A stretch of DNA of 64,000 nt, from contig JAKOQC010000249.1 of NCBI GenBank assembly GCA_029778565.1, positions 45,611-109,610 of the forward strand. Reading direction: 5' to 3'. The DNA comes from a bacterium. Its GTDB lineage: Bacteria; Patescibacteriota; Saccharimonadia; CAILAD01; BJGX01. Made by a program: the position numbers and the translations under genes. Position 1 is the first letter of the stretch; each line of letters begins with the position of its first letter. Positions 8,292 to 17,599 of this stretch are shown here, one piece after another. The notes under the pieces were generated by a model, which worked only from the letters and a program-made list of their open reading frames with translations, was not told the origin of the DNA and did not search any database.

Positions 8292-9155
8292 ATGTCGAAA
8301 ATGATTACTATTCTTGGCCCAACAGCATCTGGAAAGACTGTTATGGCGGTAGAACTAGCTAAAAAGTTTAATGGTGAGATAGTTTGTGCCGATAGTCGCA
8401 CTATCTATAAGAATATGAATATCGGTACGGCTAAACCTACAAAAGTAGAACAACAAAACGTTCCTCATCATCTATTAGATATCGTTTTGCCAGGTGAAGT
8501 ATTTAGTGTATTAGAATTTCAAAAGCTAGCAAGGTCTTGTATTGCAGATATTCAAAAGAGAGGTAAGCTACCGTTCTTAGTTGGCGGGAGCGGACTCTAT
8601 ATAGATTCGGTTTTATTTAATTACTCATTTCAGCGCAGCTCTGTGGGCAGAGTAGTGACCAAAAATTTATCGCTACAACAATTGCAGAGTAGAGTAAAGG
8701 CAGAGTTTCCAGAAATTGAATTAAATAATTCAGACATACATAATCAACGTCGGTTAGAGCAAATCTTAAGTCGTGGGATGGTAAAAAGTGATGACAGAAA
8801 AAAACAGAAAATTGATAGCTTAGTGTTAGGTTTGGACATAAAAATACCAGTATTAAAGAAAAATATAGCCCAAAGAACAGAATCTATGTTGAATAAAGGT
8901 TTTATTCAAGAAGTAGAAAATATCATCTCTACGTTTGGTGAGGATTGCCCGCAATTACATACAACCGGATACAAAGAAGTTTTAGATTTTATTCATTCTG
9001 GCACAACCAAAAACCAGCTGGAACTACAAATTAACTCGGCTACCTACCAACTAGCTAAGAAGCAAATAACTTGGTTTAAACGCAACCCTGATATTATTTG
9101 GGTGAATACCTTTGCAGAGGCAGAAAGAAACGTATCAGATTACCTTAAGCTTTGA
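8292..9155 (+). CDS. miaA: tRNA dimethylallyltransferase
   Basis: ILGPTASGKT P-loop, then ...VCADSRTIYKNMNIGTAKPT, typical of MiaA. Confidence 0.85.
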   Translation: MSKMITILGPTASGKTVMAVELAKKFNGEIVCADSRTIYKNMNIGTAKPTKVEQQNVPHHLLDIVLPGEVFSVLEFQKLARSCIADIQKRGKLPFLVGGSGLYIDSVLFNYSFQRSSVGRVVTKNLSLQQLQSRVKAEFPEIELNNSDIHNQRRLEQILSRGMVKSDDRKKQKIDSLVLGLDIKIPVLKKNIAQRTESMLNKGFIQEVENIISTFGEDCPQLHTTGYKEVLDFIHSGTTKNQLELQINSATYQLAKKQITWFKRNPDIIWVNTFAEAERNVSDYLKL

Positions 9156-9167
9156 TACAATAAGTGT

Positions 9168-10553
9168 ATGAAAAAAACCGCAGCAATTTTGGCTGCCAAA
9201 GTAGTTAAGTCGGCATCACGCATAAAAAAAACCGCAGCCACAGCTGCTCCGGGTTATTTGGCTGAGCGGATTGATCCAAACCTGTTAAAAAAGTTGGGTA
9301 GCATTAATTTTCCTGATGGTGTTGTGTTGGTTACAGGTACAAATGGTAAGACTACTACGACAAAGGTATTAGCCGACGTCTTGCGAAATGGGGATATTTC
9401 TTTTGTGAACAATCGCGCCGGTTCTAACCTGAGCAGAGGTGTTATTAGCTCGATACTGACCGAAGCGAATTTAAGAGGTTTTACCCAGGCACGCGTTGGA
9501 TTATTTGAGGTAGATGAAGCCTATTTACCAGAAGTGGCTGCCGCCCTACAGCCCAAAATGGTGGTGGTGACAAATTTATTTCGAGATCAACTTGATAGAT
9601 ATGGAGAGCTGGATAGTATTGCCAATAAGTTTCGGCAAGCGTTTAAGAATCTGCATTCTACTACTTTGGTCTTGAATGCTGATGATCCATTGGTGGCTAG
9701 CCTTGGTATGAAACTCAGTGGAAGTCTAAAGGTCTTGTACTTTGGTATATCTGATAAGTCGGCTTTTAGGGCATTACAACACGATAACAGTGCCGATAGT
9801 ATTGTTGACCCATTTAGTGGTGATACATTGCGCTATACACACCGGTATTTTGGCCATATTGGTCTTTATACTACCAAATCACATTCGTTTAGCCGACCCA
9901 AGCCACAAATAAATGTTACTAAACTAATAAAATCTAGTGAGAAAAGTATAAAAATAAATGTAAAAACTACAACGGAATTACTTTCCGTATCTGTAAATCT
10001 TTCAGGAAACTATAATATATACAATGTTCTGCCAGCATTTGCCACGGCACAATTATTTAGAATAAATAACACCATAGTTTTGCAGACACTTGCCAATCTT
10101 AGTGCTGCTTTTGGTAGAACCGAGGCAATGCAAATAGATAAGACAATTTTCGACCTTTATCTAATTAAAAATCCAACAGGTTTTAACCAAGTGATACAGT
10201 CATTTATACAGAAAGACTCTAAATGCCCACTTATACTTGCTATTAACGATAATATTGCTGATGGACGTGATGTATCTTGGTTGTGGGATTGTGCAATTGA
10301 AGATTTTGCATCTAGAGTAGGCCCCGTAATTCTTACAGGCACCCGGGCTCTGGATATGCAACTCCGGCTAATATATGCTGGCTATAAAGGCAAGATAATA
10401 ACCGAGACAAATGCCAAAAATGCACTTAAAACTGCTCTTGGGTTGGCAAAGAATAATCGAGTAATAGTACTTCCTACATATACTGCTATGTTATCTCTTA
10501 GATCTCTTATTAATGAAGCCAACGATGAAACCAGCAAGGAGTTTTGGCAATGA
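9168..10553 (+). CDS. murT: Mur-ligase-family lipid II isoglutaminyl synthase subunit MurT
   Basis: VTGTNGKTTTTKVLADVL Mur-ligase P-loop and central domain, DUF1727-like C-terminus. Immediately followed by, and overlapping, a GatD-type amidotransferase. Confidence 0.7.
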   Translation: MKKTAAILAAKVVKSASRIKKTAATAAPGYLAERIDPNLLKKLGSINFPDGVVLVTGTNGKTTTTKVLADVLRNGDISFVNNRAGSNLSRGVISSILTEANLRGFTQARVGLFEVDEAYLPEVAAALQPKMVVVTNLFRDQLDRYGELDSIANKFRQAFKNLHSTTLVLNADDPLVASLGMKLSGSLKVLYFGISDKSAFRALQHDNSADSIVDPFSGDTLRYTHRYFGHIGLYTTKSHSFSRPKPQINVTKLIKSSEKSIKINVKTTTELLSVSVNLSGNYNIYNVLPAFATAQLFRINNTIVLQTLANLSAAFGRTEAMQIDKTIFDLYLIKNPTGFNQVIQSFIQKDSKCPLILAINDNIADGRDVSWLWDCAIEDFASRVGPVILTGTRALDMQLRLIYAGYKGKIITETNAKNALKTALGLAKNNRVIVLPTYTAMLSLRSLINEANDETSKEFWQ

Positions 10554-11266
10554 GAAAACTACGAATTTTACACCTATATCCTGATAGGATGAACATTTAT
10601 GGTGATATGGGGAATATTATTTGCCTACAAAAACGTATGGACTGGTTTGGCTTAAAGCATGAATATATTACCAACACTGTAAGTGAAAAGCTGAGTGGTA
10701 AGTTTGACCTTATTTTTATGGGAGGTGGGCAAGATAGGGGGCAGATAGCTGTAGGGAGTGATTTACAAACCAAACAAGCGATTATTAAAGATCATATTAA
10801 CTCTGGTGTACCAGCTTTGACTATCTGTGGTGGTTATCAGTTATTTGGTAAATACTTCCTTACAAAAGATTCGGGAAAAATAGAAGGAATAAGTGTGTTT
10901 GATGTTGTAACAAAAGCAACAGAATTGAGAATGATAGGTAATATCGTCTGTGTAAGTGACGAATTTGGTACAATTGTCGGGTTTGAGAATCATAGTGGCG
11001 CTACACAACTTGGTGATAGTGCTCAACCACTAGCTAAGGTAATAAAAGGCTATGGAAATGATGGTAAATCTGGTTTTGAGGGGGTAATTTATAAAAATGC
11101 CATTGGTAGCTATCTTCATGGCCCGCTCTTACCTAAAAATCCTTCTCTAGCAGACTTTCTTATTGGCACAGCGGCCCGAAATATTGATAAGCAATTTATA
11201 TTAAAAAACATTGACGATAGTGTAGCTATGCTAGCAAATAGTTATGCTCAAAAATTACCACAGTAG
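10544..11266 (+). CDS. gatD: glutamine amidotransferase GatD (CobB/CobQ-like), partner of MurT
   Basis: LRILHLYPDRMNIYGDMGNI, GGGQDRGQ and catalytic ICGGYQLFG Cys motif. Gene pairing with murT. Confidence 0.75.
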   Translation: MAMRKLRILHLYPDRMNIYGDMGNIICLQKRMDWFGLKHEYITNTVSEKLSGKFDLIFMGGGQDRGQIAVGSDLQTKQAIIKDHINSGVPALTICGGYQLFGKYFLTKDSGKIEGISVFDVVTKATELRMIGNIVCVSDEFGTIVGFENHSGATQLGDSAQPLAKVIKGYGNDGKSGFEGVIYKNAIGSYLHGPLLPKNPSLADFLIGTAARNIDKQFILKNIDDSVAMLANSYAQKLPQ

Positions 11267-11381
11267 GGTAAAAAACTTTTATTAACTGTCTAGATTTTTT
11301 ATTCATTTACCTCTATAATCAGGAGTAAATATCGAATAAACGCATAAATGAACACATTTATGCAGGACGATAAGGTGGAAG

Positions 11382-12053
11382 ATGTTTGAACAATTGTTTG
11401 GATCAAAAACTCGAGTAAAACTACTTAGCTTGTTTTATAACAATCCCGAGCGTCCTTTTTACGTCAGAGAAATTACTCGCAAAATTGACGAGCAGATTAA
11501 CTCTGTTCGTCGGGAACTGCAAAATTTACTAAATATTGGTATTGTCCGCTCGGTTAACCAAGGTAACCGATTGTATTATGAAGTTAACCCTAAATATAAG
11601 TTTTATAATGAATTGCAGGCGATCTTCTCTAAAATTCCTGCTAAATCAAAAGCTATTAAACAAACCAAAGAAGATGACCATATCTTAAAAGAACTCAAAA
11701 AAGCCGGAAATGTACGTATGGTTTTCCTAAGTGGGGCATTTGTACGAGGCAGTAACCAGTCGATAGATATCTTTATTGTTGGCGATATGAACAAGGCTAA
11801 GCTTGCCAGTATAGTAGCTGAGCTCGAGAAAGAAATGAGTCGAGAGTTAAACTACACTGCAATGCGATTAGAAGATTTTGACTACCGTCGTAACTTAAGT
11901 GATAGATTTTTGCTTGATATACTCGATGCAAAAAAAGCTGTTCTTTTTGATAGTCTAGGCATCTTTGAAAAAGAGAAGAAAGATCAGCCAGAAAAAATTC
12001 CTGTTATTGATCAAAATGAAGATTACTCAACAGTAACAAAATCGGCGGTATAG
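11382..12053 (+). CDS. hypothetical winged-helix (ArsR-like) domain protein
   Basis: N-terminal KTRVKLLSLFYNNPERPFYVREITRKIDEQINSVRRELQNL resembles a wHTH. The rest is unassigned. Confidence 0.3.
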   Translation: MFEQLFGSKTRVKLLSLFYNNPERPFYVREITRKIDEQINSVRRELQNLLNIGIVRSVNQGNRLYYEVNPKYKFYNELQAIFSKIPAKSKAIKQTKEDDHILKELKKAGNVRMVFLSGAFVRGSNQSIDIFIVGDMNKAKLASIVAELEKEMSRELNYTAMRLEDFDYRRNLSDRFLLDILDAKKAVLFDSLGIFEKEKKDQPEKIPVIDQNEDYSTVTKSAV

Positions 12054-12056
12054 GGT

Positions 12057-13091
12057 ATGAAAAAAGTACGCCACATTGTCGTAGTATCACCCTTATCGTT
12101 CTTATACTTACTCGGCACGATTATTTTGGTATGGCTTACTATACAGCTATCGGGCATTATATTGTCACTGATTGTGGCTGGTATTTTTGCAATTGCCCTT
12201 AATCCACTCGTTACTTTTTTAGAAGAAAAGCTAAAAATTCGTCGTGGTTTTGCCGTGGCAATAGTAATTATCAGTATAGTGGCGGTATTTGCTTTTATTA
12301 TGTGGCTAATCATTCCAACTACAATTACGCAGGCTCAGACTCTGGCAAAAAATTGGCCATCATACCAAACAAAGCTTAAAGACTATACTTCTCATAACAG
12401 CAACCTATCATGGGCATATCAGCGTGGTGAACAGTTATTCCGAGATAATACAAGTCGTATCTCTAATAACCTAACGAGCATCTCACTGAGTTTAGCTGGT
12501 GGTCTCTTTAGCTTTCTTACTTTCTTTGTCTTCTTAATTTATATGTTAGCCAGTGGTCGCCGGTTTGCGGTAATACTTTCTGGTTTGTTACCTAAGAAGG
12601 CCTGGCGTATACAGTTTGTGAGTATTATGCATGATGTTTCTAATAAACTTGGACATTGGCTACGTGGGCAACTAGTATTGTGCTTTATTGTCTTTATATT
12701 AAGTTATATTGGTATGTCGATACTTGGTATAGATTATGCATTAACCTTGGCATTATTTGCTGGTCTAATGGAGGCAGTACCGATGGTGGGTGCATACTTA
12801 GGTGCAATACCAGCAGTAGCCTTCGCCTTTGTTACTACTGGATCTCTCTGGAAGACCGCTGCGGTTGCAGTACTGTTCTTGGTAATCCAGCAGCTAGAAG
12901 GTAATATTATTGTGCCTCAAGTAATGAAGAAGGCGGTGGGTGTGCACCCTATGATTGTTCTCTTAGCAGCAATGGTAGGTGGAACGCTGCTTGGTTTTGT
13001 TGGTGTGCTCATAGCTGTGCCAGTCACGGCAGCTTTATCGGTAATATTTTCGAGTATGCGCCAATATTATGATGATAGGATAGAGAAGTAA
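12057..13091 (+). CDS. AI-2E family (UPF0118/PerM-like) membrane transporter
   Basis: ~8 TM helices, LNPLVTFLEEKLKIRRGFAVAIVI and C-terminal EAVPMVGAYLGAIPAVAFAF pattern typical of the AI-2E family. Confidence 0.6.
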   Translation: MKKVRHIVVVSPLSFLYLLGTIILVWLTIQLSGIILSLIVAGIFAIALNPLVTFLEEKLKIRRGFAVAIVIISIVAVFAFIMWLIIPTTITQAQTLAKNWPSYQTKLKDYTSHNSNLSWAYQRGEQLFRDNTSRISNNLTSISLSLAGGLFSFLTFFVFLIYMLASGRRFAVILSGLLPKKAWRIQFVSIMHDVSNKLGHWLRGQLVLCFIVFILSYIGMSILGIDYALTLALFAGLMEAVPMVGAYLGAIPAVAFAFVTTGSLWKTAAVAVLFLVIQQLEGNIIVPQVMKKAVGVHPMIVLLAAMVGGTLLGFVGVLIAVPVTAALSVIFSSMRQYYDDRIEK

Positions 13092-13119
13092 TCGATAAAA
13101 ATTGTTATAATAGAGTCTT

Positions 13120-13653
13120 ATGGAAATAACCAAAAACAATCAGGATAGCTTTTTACTTGTCACTAAACAGGTAGATGTAGCTATTAACCCAACAGGTGAG
13201 TCAAAAGCAGGTGTGGTATTACAAACTACCTCTGAACATACATATGCGCCTACAAAAGACCAAATAGTTTTTGATGGACCAGGCGAATATGAAGTAAAAA
13301 ATACAATGATCGATGCAGTTGGCTTAAAAAACACAACTGGATTTGTTGTTACATCATCTGGTTTGCGAGTAAGTTTTGTACATACCGACGAAAATAACCT
13401 CGATGAGTCCCAGATAGAGGCTTTGGGCAACCCGGATATTCTAATAATTAAGGTATTCGGAGATAAAGCCGAGTCACTCAATAAGCTTATTAGTGAGTTG
13501 GAGCCCAGTATTGTTGTACCCTTTGGCTACAGCGAAGATCAATTAAAGTCACTTTCGGCAGAATTTGGAAAAGACATTACTCGAAGTGCTAAGCTTAAAG
13601 TTAGTAAAAAGGATGTCTCGATAGAAAATCAACAACTTATTGTCTTAGAGTAG
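13120..13653 (+). CDS. hypothetical protein
   Basis: ORF only. No motif recognised. Confidence 0.3.
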   Translation: MEITKNNQDSFLLVTKQVDVAINPTGESKAGVVLQTTSEHTYAPTKDQIVFDGPGEYEVKNTMIDAVGLKNTTGFVVTSSGLRVSFVHTDENNLDESQIEALGNPDILIIKVFGDKAESLNKLISELEPSIVVPFGYSEDQLKSLSAEFGKDITRSAKLKVSKKDVSIENQQLIVLE

Positions 13654-13660
13654 GCAAGTA

Positions 13661-13693
13661 GTAACAAAAAAGCCACCATTTATTGGTGGCTTT
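13661..13693. terminator. bidirectional intrinsic terminator (AAAAAAGCCACCA-TTTAT-TGGTGGCTTTTTT)
   Basis: Perfect 8-bp GC-rich hairpin flanked by an A-run and a T-run. Sits between convergent genes. Confidence 0.65.
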
Positions 13694-13708
13694 TTTGTTA
13701 ATAGAGTA

Positions 13709-13948
13709 TTATTTCTTGGTTGGGTTCTCGGTTGCAGCAGCCAATTCCTTGGCGTTTAGTTGGGTTTCATACTTGCGTAGAGTACGAATTGTAGAAGCAG
13801 CCAGCTTTAAGCGAACCTTCTGGCCATCTATTACCAGGGTCTTCATTTGTAGGTTTGGCTTCCAGGCTTTTGGAGTGGCTCGCAAAGAGTGTGAGCGGTT
13901 ATTACCAAACTGTTTTCCTTTACCGGTGATATCGCATTTGTATGACAT
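13709..13948 (-). CDS. rpmB: 50S ribosomal protein L28
   Basis: MSYKCDITGKGKQFGNNRSHSLRATPKAWKPNLQ matches bL28. Confidence 0.85.
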   Translation of the reverse strand: MSYKCDITGKGKQFGNNRSHSLRATPKAWKPNLQMKTLVIDGQKVRLKLAASTIRTLRKYETQLNAKELAAATENPTKK

Positions 13949-14044
13949 AACCAGACTAGTGTAACAGGTTATAAATTAAATTTCAAGTCTAAAAAGAAGG
14001 TATTCTTTTGCGTTCAAACCTATATCTGCAGTACTATAGAGACT

Positions 14045-14680
14045 ATGCATATCGATATTATTACATTAGTAATGTATCTCATTATCCTGGTTATAGCTCT
14101 GACTATACACGAGTTTTGCCATGCCTGGGCTGGACATTTACTGGGAGATGTAACCGCCAAACAACACGGGAGACTTACTCTTAACCCATTGGCACATATT
14201 GACCCGCTAACAACCCTACTATTACCGATTGGGTTGATTATGCTTGGCTCGCCAGTTGTGTTTGGTGCGGCTCGACCAGTACCATTTAACCCATATGCGG
14301 TGCGATATGATAAATGGGGTGTAGTTTTGGTAGCAATCGCCGGTCCACTGAGCAATTTGGCTATGGCAGTTGTGGTAGGTCTGTATCTACGCTTTGTACC
14401 TATCTCGGGAATATATGGTCAATTTTTATTACAATTTGTAATAGTGAATCTAGCTTTCTTTATATTTAATATGATCCCATTTCCGCCACTAGATGGAAGT
14501 AGGGTATTATATGCTATTGCACCTGCATCAATTCGCGACATTATGGATAGAATTGAAAATTACGGTATTGTAGTGGTATTTGTGTTTATTTTGTTCTTAT
14601 TTCCGCTTATCACTCCATTTATCACCAGAAGTGTACAGTTTTTACTAAACCTTATCGTGGGTGGCTCAGTAGGCCTGTAG
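14045..14680 (+). CDS. site-2 protease family (M50) membrane zinc metallopeptidase
   Basis: HEFCHAWAGHLLGD HExxH motif within a TM helix. Polytopic membrane protein. Confidence 0.55.
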   Translation: MHIDIITLVMYLIILVIALTIHEFCHAWAGHLLGDVTAKQHGRLTLNPLAHIDPLTTLLLPIGLIMLGSPVVFGAARPVPFNPYAVRYDKWGVVLVAIAGPLSNLAMAVVVGLYLRFVPISGIYGQFLLQFVIVNLAFFIFNMIPFPPLDGSRVLYAIAPASIRDIMDRIENYGIVVVFVFILFLFPLITPFITRSVQFLLNLIVGGSVGL

Positions 14681-14888
14681 CGTGCTAGAATAAGAATGAG
14701 TTCTGCTACGCCCGCACTTTACTAAGGTTACATATTTTTTCTGCTTAGACATTTTACTAGGGAATCTTAGATTACTCTTAAGGAAAGCCTTAGGATGTTG
14801 CGGATACCCACCTGAACTTTTTTTCAGGAAAAATACTAGCCTTGCGGCGATGCGGACTCTAAAGAAATTATAAAAAAAACGGCGCTTT

Positions 14889-15446
14889 CTAGAGTTGAAA
14901 GTGTCGTTTTATTTTAGCTTCGTCTTCGAGATGGCTCGCAACAATGAGTCGAATTTTTTGACCGAGATTATAGCGAGCTCTGGTGGTTTCAACATATTTT
15001 ATCGGGTTATATGGTGAAAGCCAAAGACCTTTGCTGTAGTTGTAGAAATGAGCATTTTTAAGGTCAAGAATAATTTGATTACGTATTGCTTTCTGGCTCT
15101 CTGGTATATCAAAGGTAACAAGGTAATAGCGGCCATCCCATCGACCAGTGGTTGGGATACTAGCTCGGGTCTGTTCGCGTTGTAGTTTAGTGCGACCCTT
15201 CTGAGTGATAGTGTAGACTTTCTGGTTATCGAGTATTCCGACACTTATATAACCCTGCTTGGCAAGGAGCGCTAGTGTATCAGTAATACGTCTCGAAGCG
15301 GTGGTGGTTTTTGAATCAGAAAATACCGATACCAGGCTTGGTTCGGTGGTAATTTTGCTTTGCCGCAAAAGGTCTTTCTTGGCAATAAAAGAAAGTATTT
15401 GAGCTGATTTGGTTAGATTCTGCACTAAAATTACTCTTACATACAT
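14889..15446 (-). CDS. PaaX-like transcriptional regulator
   Basis: N-terminal wHTH-like region plus WDGRYYLVTFDIPESQKAIRNQIILDLKNAHFYNYSKGLWLSP, matching the PaaX middle-domain pattern WDGxWxLVxYDxPE...GFGxLxxGxWxSP. Confidence 0.4.
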   Translation of the reverse strand: MYVRVILVQNLTKSAQILSFIAKKDLLRQSKITTEPSLVSVFSDSKTTTASRRITDTLALLAKQGYISVGILDNQKVYTITQKGRTKLQREQTRASIPTTGRWDGRYYLVTFDIPESQKAIRNQIILDLKNAHFYNYSKGLWLSPYNPIKYVETTRARYNLGQKIRLIVASHLEDEAKIKRHFQL

Positions 15447-15521
15447 AGTATGTCATAACATAAGCTTTATGTGAATAGTATTATCAGAACTACTTTGTGA
15501 TATCTGGTATAATTTTTTCAT

Positions 15522-15598
15522 CGGGGTGTGGCGCAGTTGGCTAGCGCGTACGGCTGGGGGCCGTGAGGTCGGCAGTTCGAGTCTGCTCACCCCGACCA
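15522..15598 (+). tRNA. tRNA-Pro (anticodon GGG)
   Basis: Acceptor CGGGGTG/CACCCCG, D arm GCGC-AGTTGGCTA-GCGC, anticodon stem TACGG/CCGTG with loop CTGGGGG (U33, GGG, G37), T loop TTCGAGT, encoded CCA. An extended -10 (TGgTATAAT) lies at 15505-15513. Confidence 0.8.
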
Positions 15599-15715
15599 GT
15601 CAAAATATCCAAGCGTAGCTTGGGTACTTTGACTGGAAGAATGTATGAGAACTGCCATATTTTGCTCTAGCACAATGGCAGTTAGCGCGAATGAATAGTA
15701 TTCAATTCGAGCGCT

Positions 15716-15735
15716 GTCTGCTCACCCCGACCAGT
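15716..15735 (+). repeat. 20-nt direct repeat of the tRNA-Pro 3' end (GTCTGCTCACCCCGACCAGT), att-like scar
   Basis: Exact copy of 15581-15600, preceded by a degenerate TTCGAG of the T loop. Intervening 115 nt contains perfect hairpins CCAAGC-GTA-GCTTGG (15609-15623) and AACTGCCAT-16 nt-ATGGCAGTT (15650-15683). Confidence 0.6.
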
Positions 15736-15793
15736 AATTATTTTGAAATAGCTATGCTTTACATTTTGCGACGTTGGTCGTAGTTTAGAACTA

Positions 15794-15946
15794 ATGGGTA
15801 AACTTATAACTATTACCGTAATCGTGTCGTTATTGTTGATGTATGGCAAGTACATGGCAGATATGCAGCAGCAGGCTGTGCAAAATCTTAACAATATTAC
15901 GCATTTATATAGTCATGCCGAAGAAGTAGCTGCACAGCTGCACTAA
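15794..15946 (+). CDS. possible small hydrophobic protein (50 aa)
   Basis: MGKLITITVIVSLLLMYGKYMADMQQQAVQNLNN... Below the ORF-track cutoff. One predicted TM helix. No RBS checked. Confidence 0.15.
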   Translation: MGKLITITVIVSLLLMYGKYMADMQQQAVQNLNNITHLYSHAEEVAAQLH

Positions 15947-15976
15947 AACAAGTCTAAGTGCTATACTAAATAAGTT

Positions 15977-16384
15977 ATGGCTGATTCTGTATTTACCAAG
16001 ATGCTTAAGGGTGAAATCCCACGAGAGATTATCTATAAGGACGATGTGTGTTTTGTTATTCCAACCATCGCGCCTCATACAGAAGGTCATGTAATGGTGA
16101 TACCGATAAAACAGGTGGCAAATTGGGAAGACTTAGATCCTAAGACCTATCAACACTGTATGGAGGTTGTGCAAAAAATGGGGAAGATATTAAAAAAAGT
16201 ATATCAATGCCCAAAGGTTGGGTTAGAAATTGTTGGATTTGAAGTGCCTCATGTACATATAAATGTAATTCCGTTCTATAAGATAGAAGACATGGATCAT
16301 ACGAGTGCTAAAGAGGTAGAATTTACCACATTACAGCCGGTTGCCGAGAAGATTCGTACAGCAATAAAGCAGGAGGGAGCATAA
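15977..16384 (+). CDS. HIT-family (histidine triad) nucleotide hydrolase
   Basis: HTEGHVMVIP and HVHINVIP (HxHxHxx) histidine-triad motif. Confidence 0.75.
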   Translation: MADSVFTKMLKGEIPREIIYKDDVCFVIPTIAPHTEGHVMVIPIKQVANWEDLDPKTYQHCMEVVQKMGKILKKVYQCPKVGLEIVGFEVPHVHINVIPFYKIEDMDHTSAKEVEFTTLQPVAEKIRTAIKQEGA

Positions 16385-16388
16385 AATA

Positions 16389-17171
16389 ATGATATTTATT
16401 GTAATATTACTTTCAATTGTACAGGCGATTACAGAATTCCTGCCTATCAGCAGCTCAGCTCACTTATTGTTAGTACCCTGGGCTTTCAATCTAACTGATC
16501 CGGGATTGGCTTTTGATGCTGCAATTCATATTGGTACGGCTCTTGCATTGCTGGTCTTCTTCTGGAAAGACTTTTGGAAGATGGTAAAGACCAAAGATAG
16601 ACTTCTTTGGTACATAGTTGTTGCATCTATTCCAGCGGGCGTAATTGGATTCTTTGGTGATAAGTTTATCGAGAAAACTCTGCATGCTAGCAGTTATGCA
16701 CCACTCATTGTTGGTATAGGAATGATTTTCTTCTCATTACTGCTGTACTATGTTGATACGGTTGGTAAAAAGAAAGAGCAAGAAAAAGAAATTACGCTAA
16801 AGCAAAGTTTATTTGTAGGCTTTGCCCAGGTTCTTGCCTTTATACCCGGTGCTTCGCGATCTGGTGTAACTATTACCGCTGGTCTCTGGCTAGGCTTTAC
16901 TCGTAAAGAGGCAGCCCGGTTTAGTTTTTTACTTGCTACTCCTATCTCATTAGGAGCCGGTCTATATAAACTCTTAGAATTAATTAAAAACCCTAGCCCA
17001 ACACTTTCTAACTTTGATATTCTTGTAGGAATTATAGTTACCTTTGTTGCCGGTATCGTAGTAATTAAGTGGTTATTAGATTACCTCAAAAACCACTCAA
17101 TGTTGTTATTTGTAATATATAGAATCGTAATTGGATTGGCAGTAGTAGGGCTATGGCTGATACGGAGGTAA
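16389..17171 (+). CDS. uppP: undecaprenyl-diphosphate phosphatase
   Basis: AITEFLPISSSAHLLLV and PGASRSG motifs of BacA/UppP. Polytopic membrane protein. Confidence 0.85.
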   Translation: MIFIVILLSIVQAITEFLPISSSAHLLLVPWAFNLTDPGLAFDAAIHIGTALALLVFFWKDFWKMVKTKDRLLWYIVVASIPAGVIGFFGDKFIEKTLHASSYAPLIVGIGMIFFSLLLYYVDTVGKKKEQEKEITLKQSLFVGFAQVLAFIPGASRSGVTITAGLWLGFTRKEAARFSFLLATPISLGAGLYKLLELIKNPSPTLSNFDILVGIIVTFVAGIVVIKWLLDYLKNHSMLLFVIYRIVIGLAVVGLWLIRR

Positions 17172-17557
17172 TTGTCTATTGTGACGGGGGTAGTCGGGGC
17201 AATCCTGGGCCTTCAGCTTCAGGTGTTGTAATAAAATCTACAAAAGGTAAGGTTTTGGCTGAATATTGTGAATTCTTGGGCGAGCGCACCAACAATTATG
17301 CAGAATATTCAGCAGTAATTTTGGCACTGCAAAAGTTGCACGAAATGGGGGTGAGCAAAGCTGACTTTTATTTAGATAGTCAGTTGGTGGTACGTCAGCT
17401 GAATGGGGAGTACAAAATAAAACATCAAGATATGAAGTTATTATTTGCAAAAGTCGAAGAATTATCTCGAGGAATTGAGGTGAGCTATACGCATGTTTTG
17501 CGCGCAGACAACAAAGAGGCAGATGCAATGGTTAATAAGTGTTTAGATGCTGAATAG
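17153..17557 (+). CDS. rnhA: ribonuclease HI
   Basis: VYCDGGSRGNPGPSASGVVI...NNYAEYSAVILALQKL matches the RNase H1 catalytic DEDD fold motifs. Confidence 0.75.
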   Translation: MADTEVIVYCDGGSRGNPGPSASGVVIKSTKGKVLAEYCEFLGERTNNYAEYSAVILALQKLHEMGVSKADFYLDSQLVVRQLNGEYKIKHQDMKLLFAKVEELSRGIEVSYTHVLRADNKEADAMVNKCLDAE

Positions 17558-17599
17558 ATTACTATAGACAATTGTATAATATTATACTAAAATAATAAT

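Noticed and set aside
12656-12904. 82-aa internal ORF within the AI-2E transporter gene
   Set aside because: Alternate frame of a clearly coding membrane-protein gene.
17238-17528. 96-aa ORF antisense to rnhA
   Set aside because: Entirely inside a well-supported gene on the other strand.
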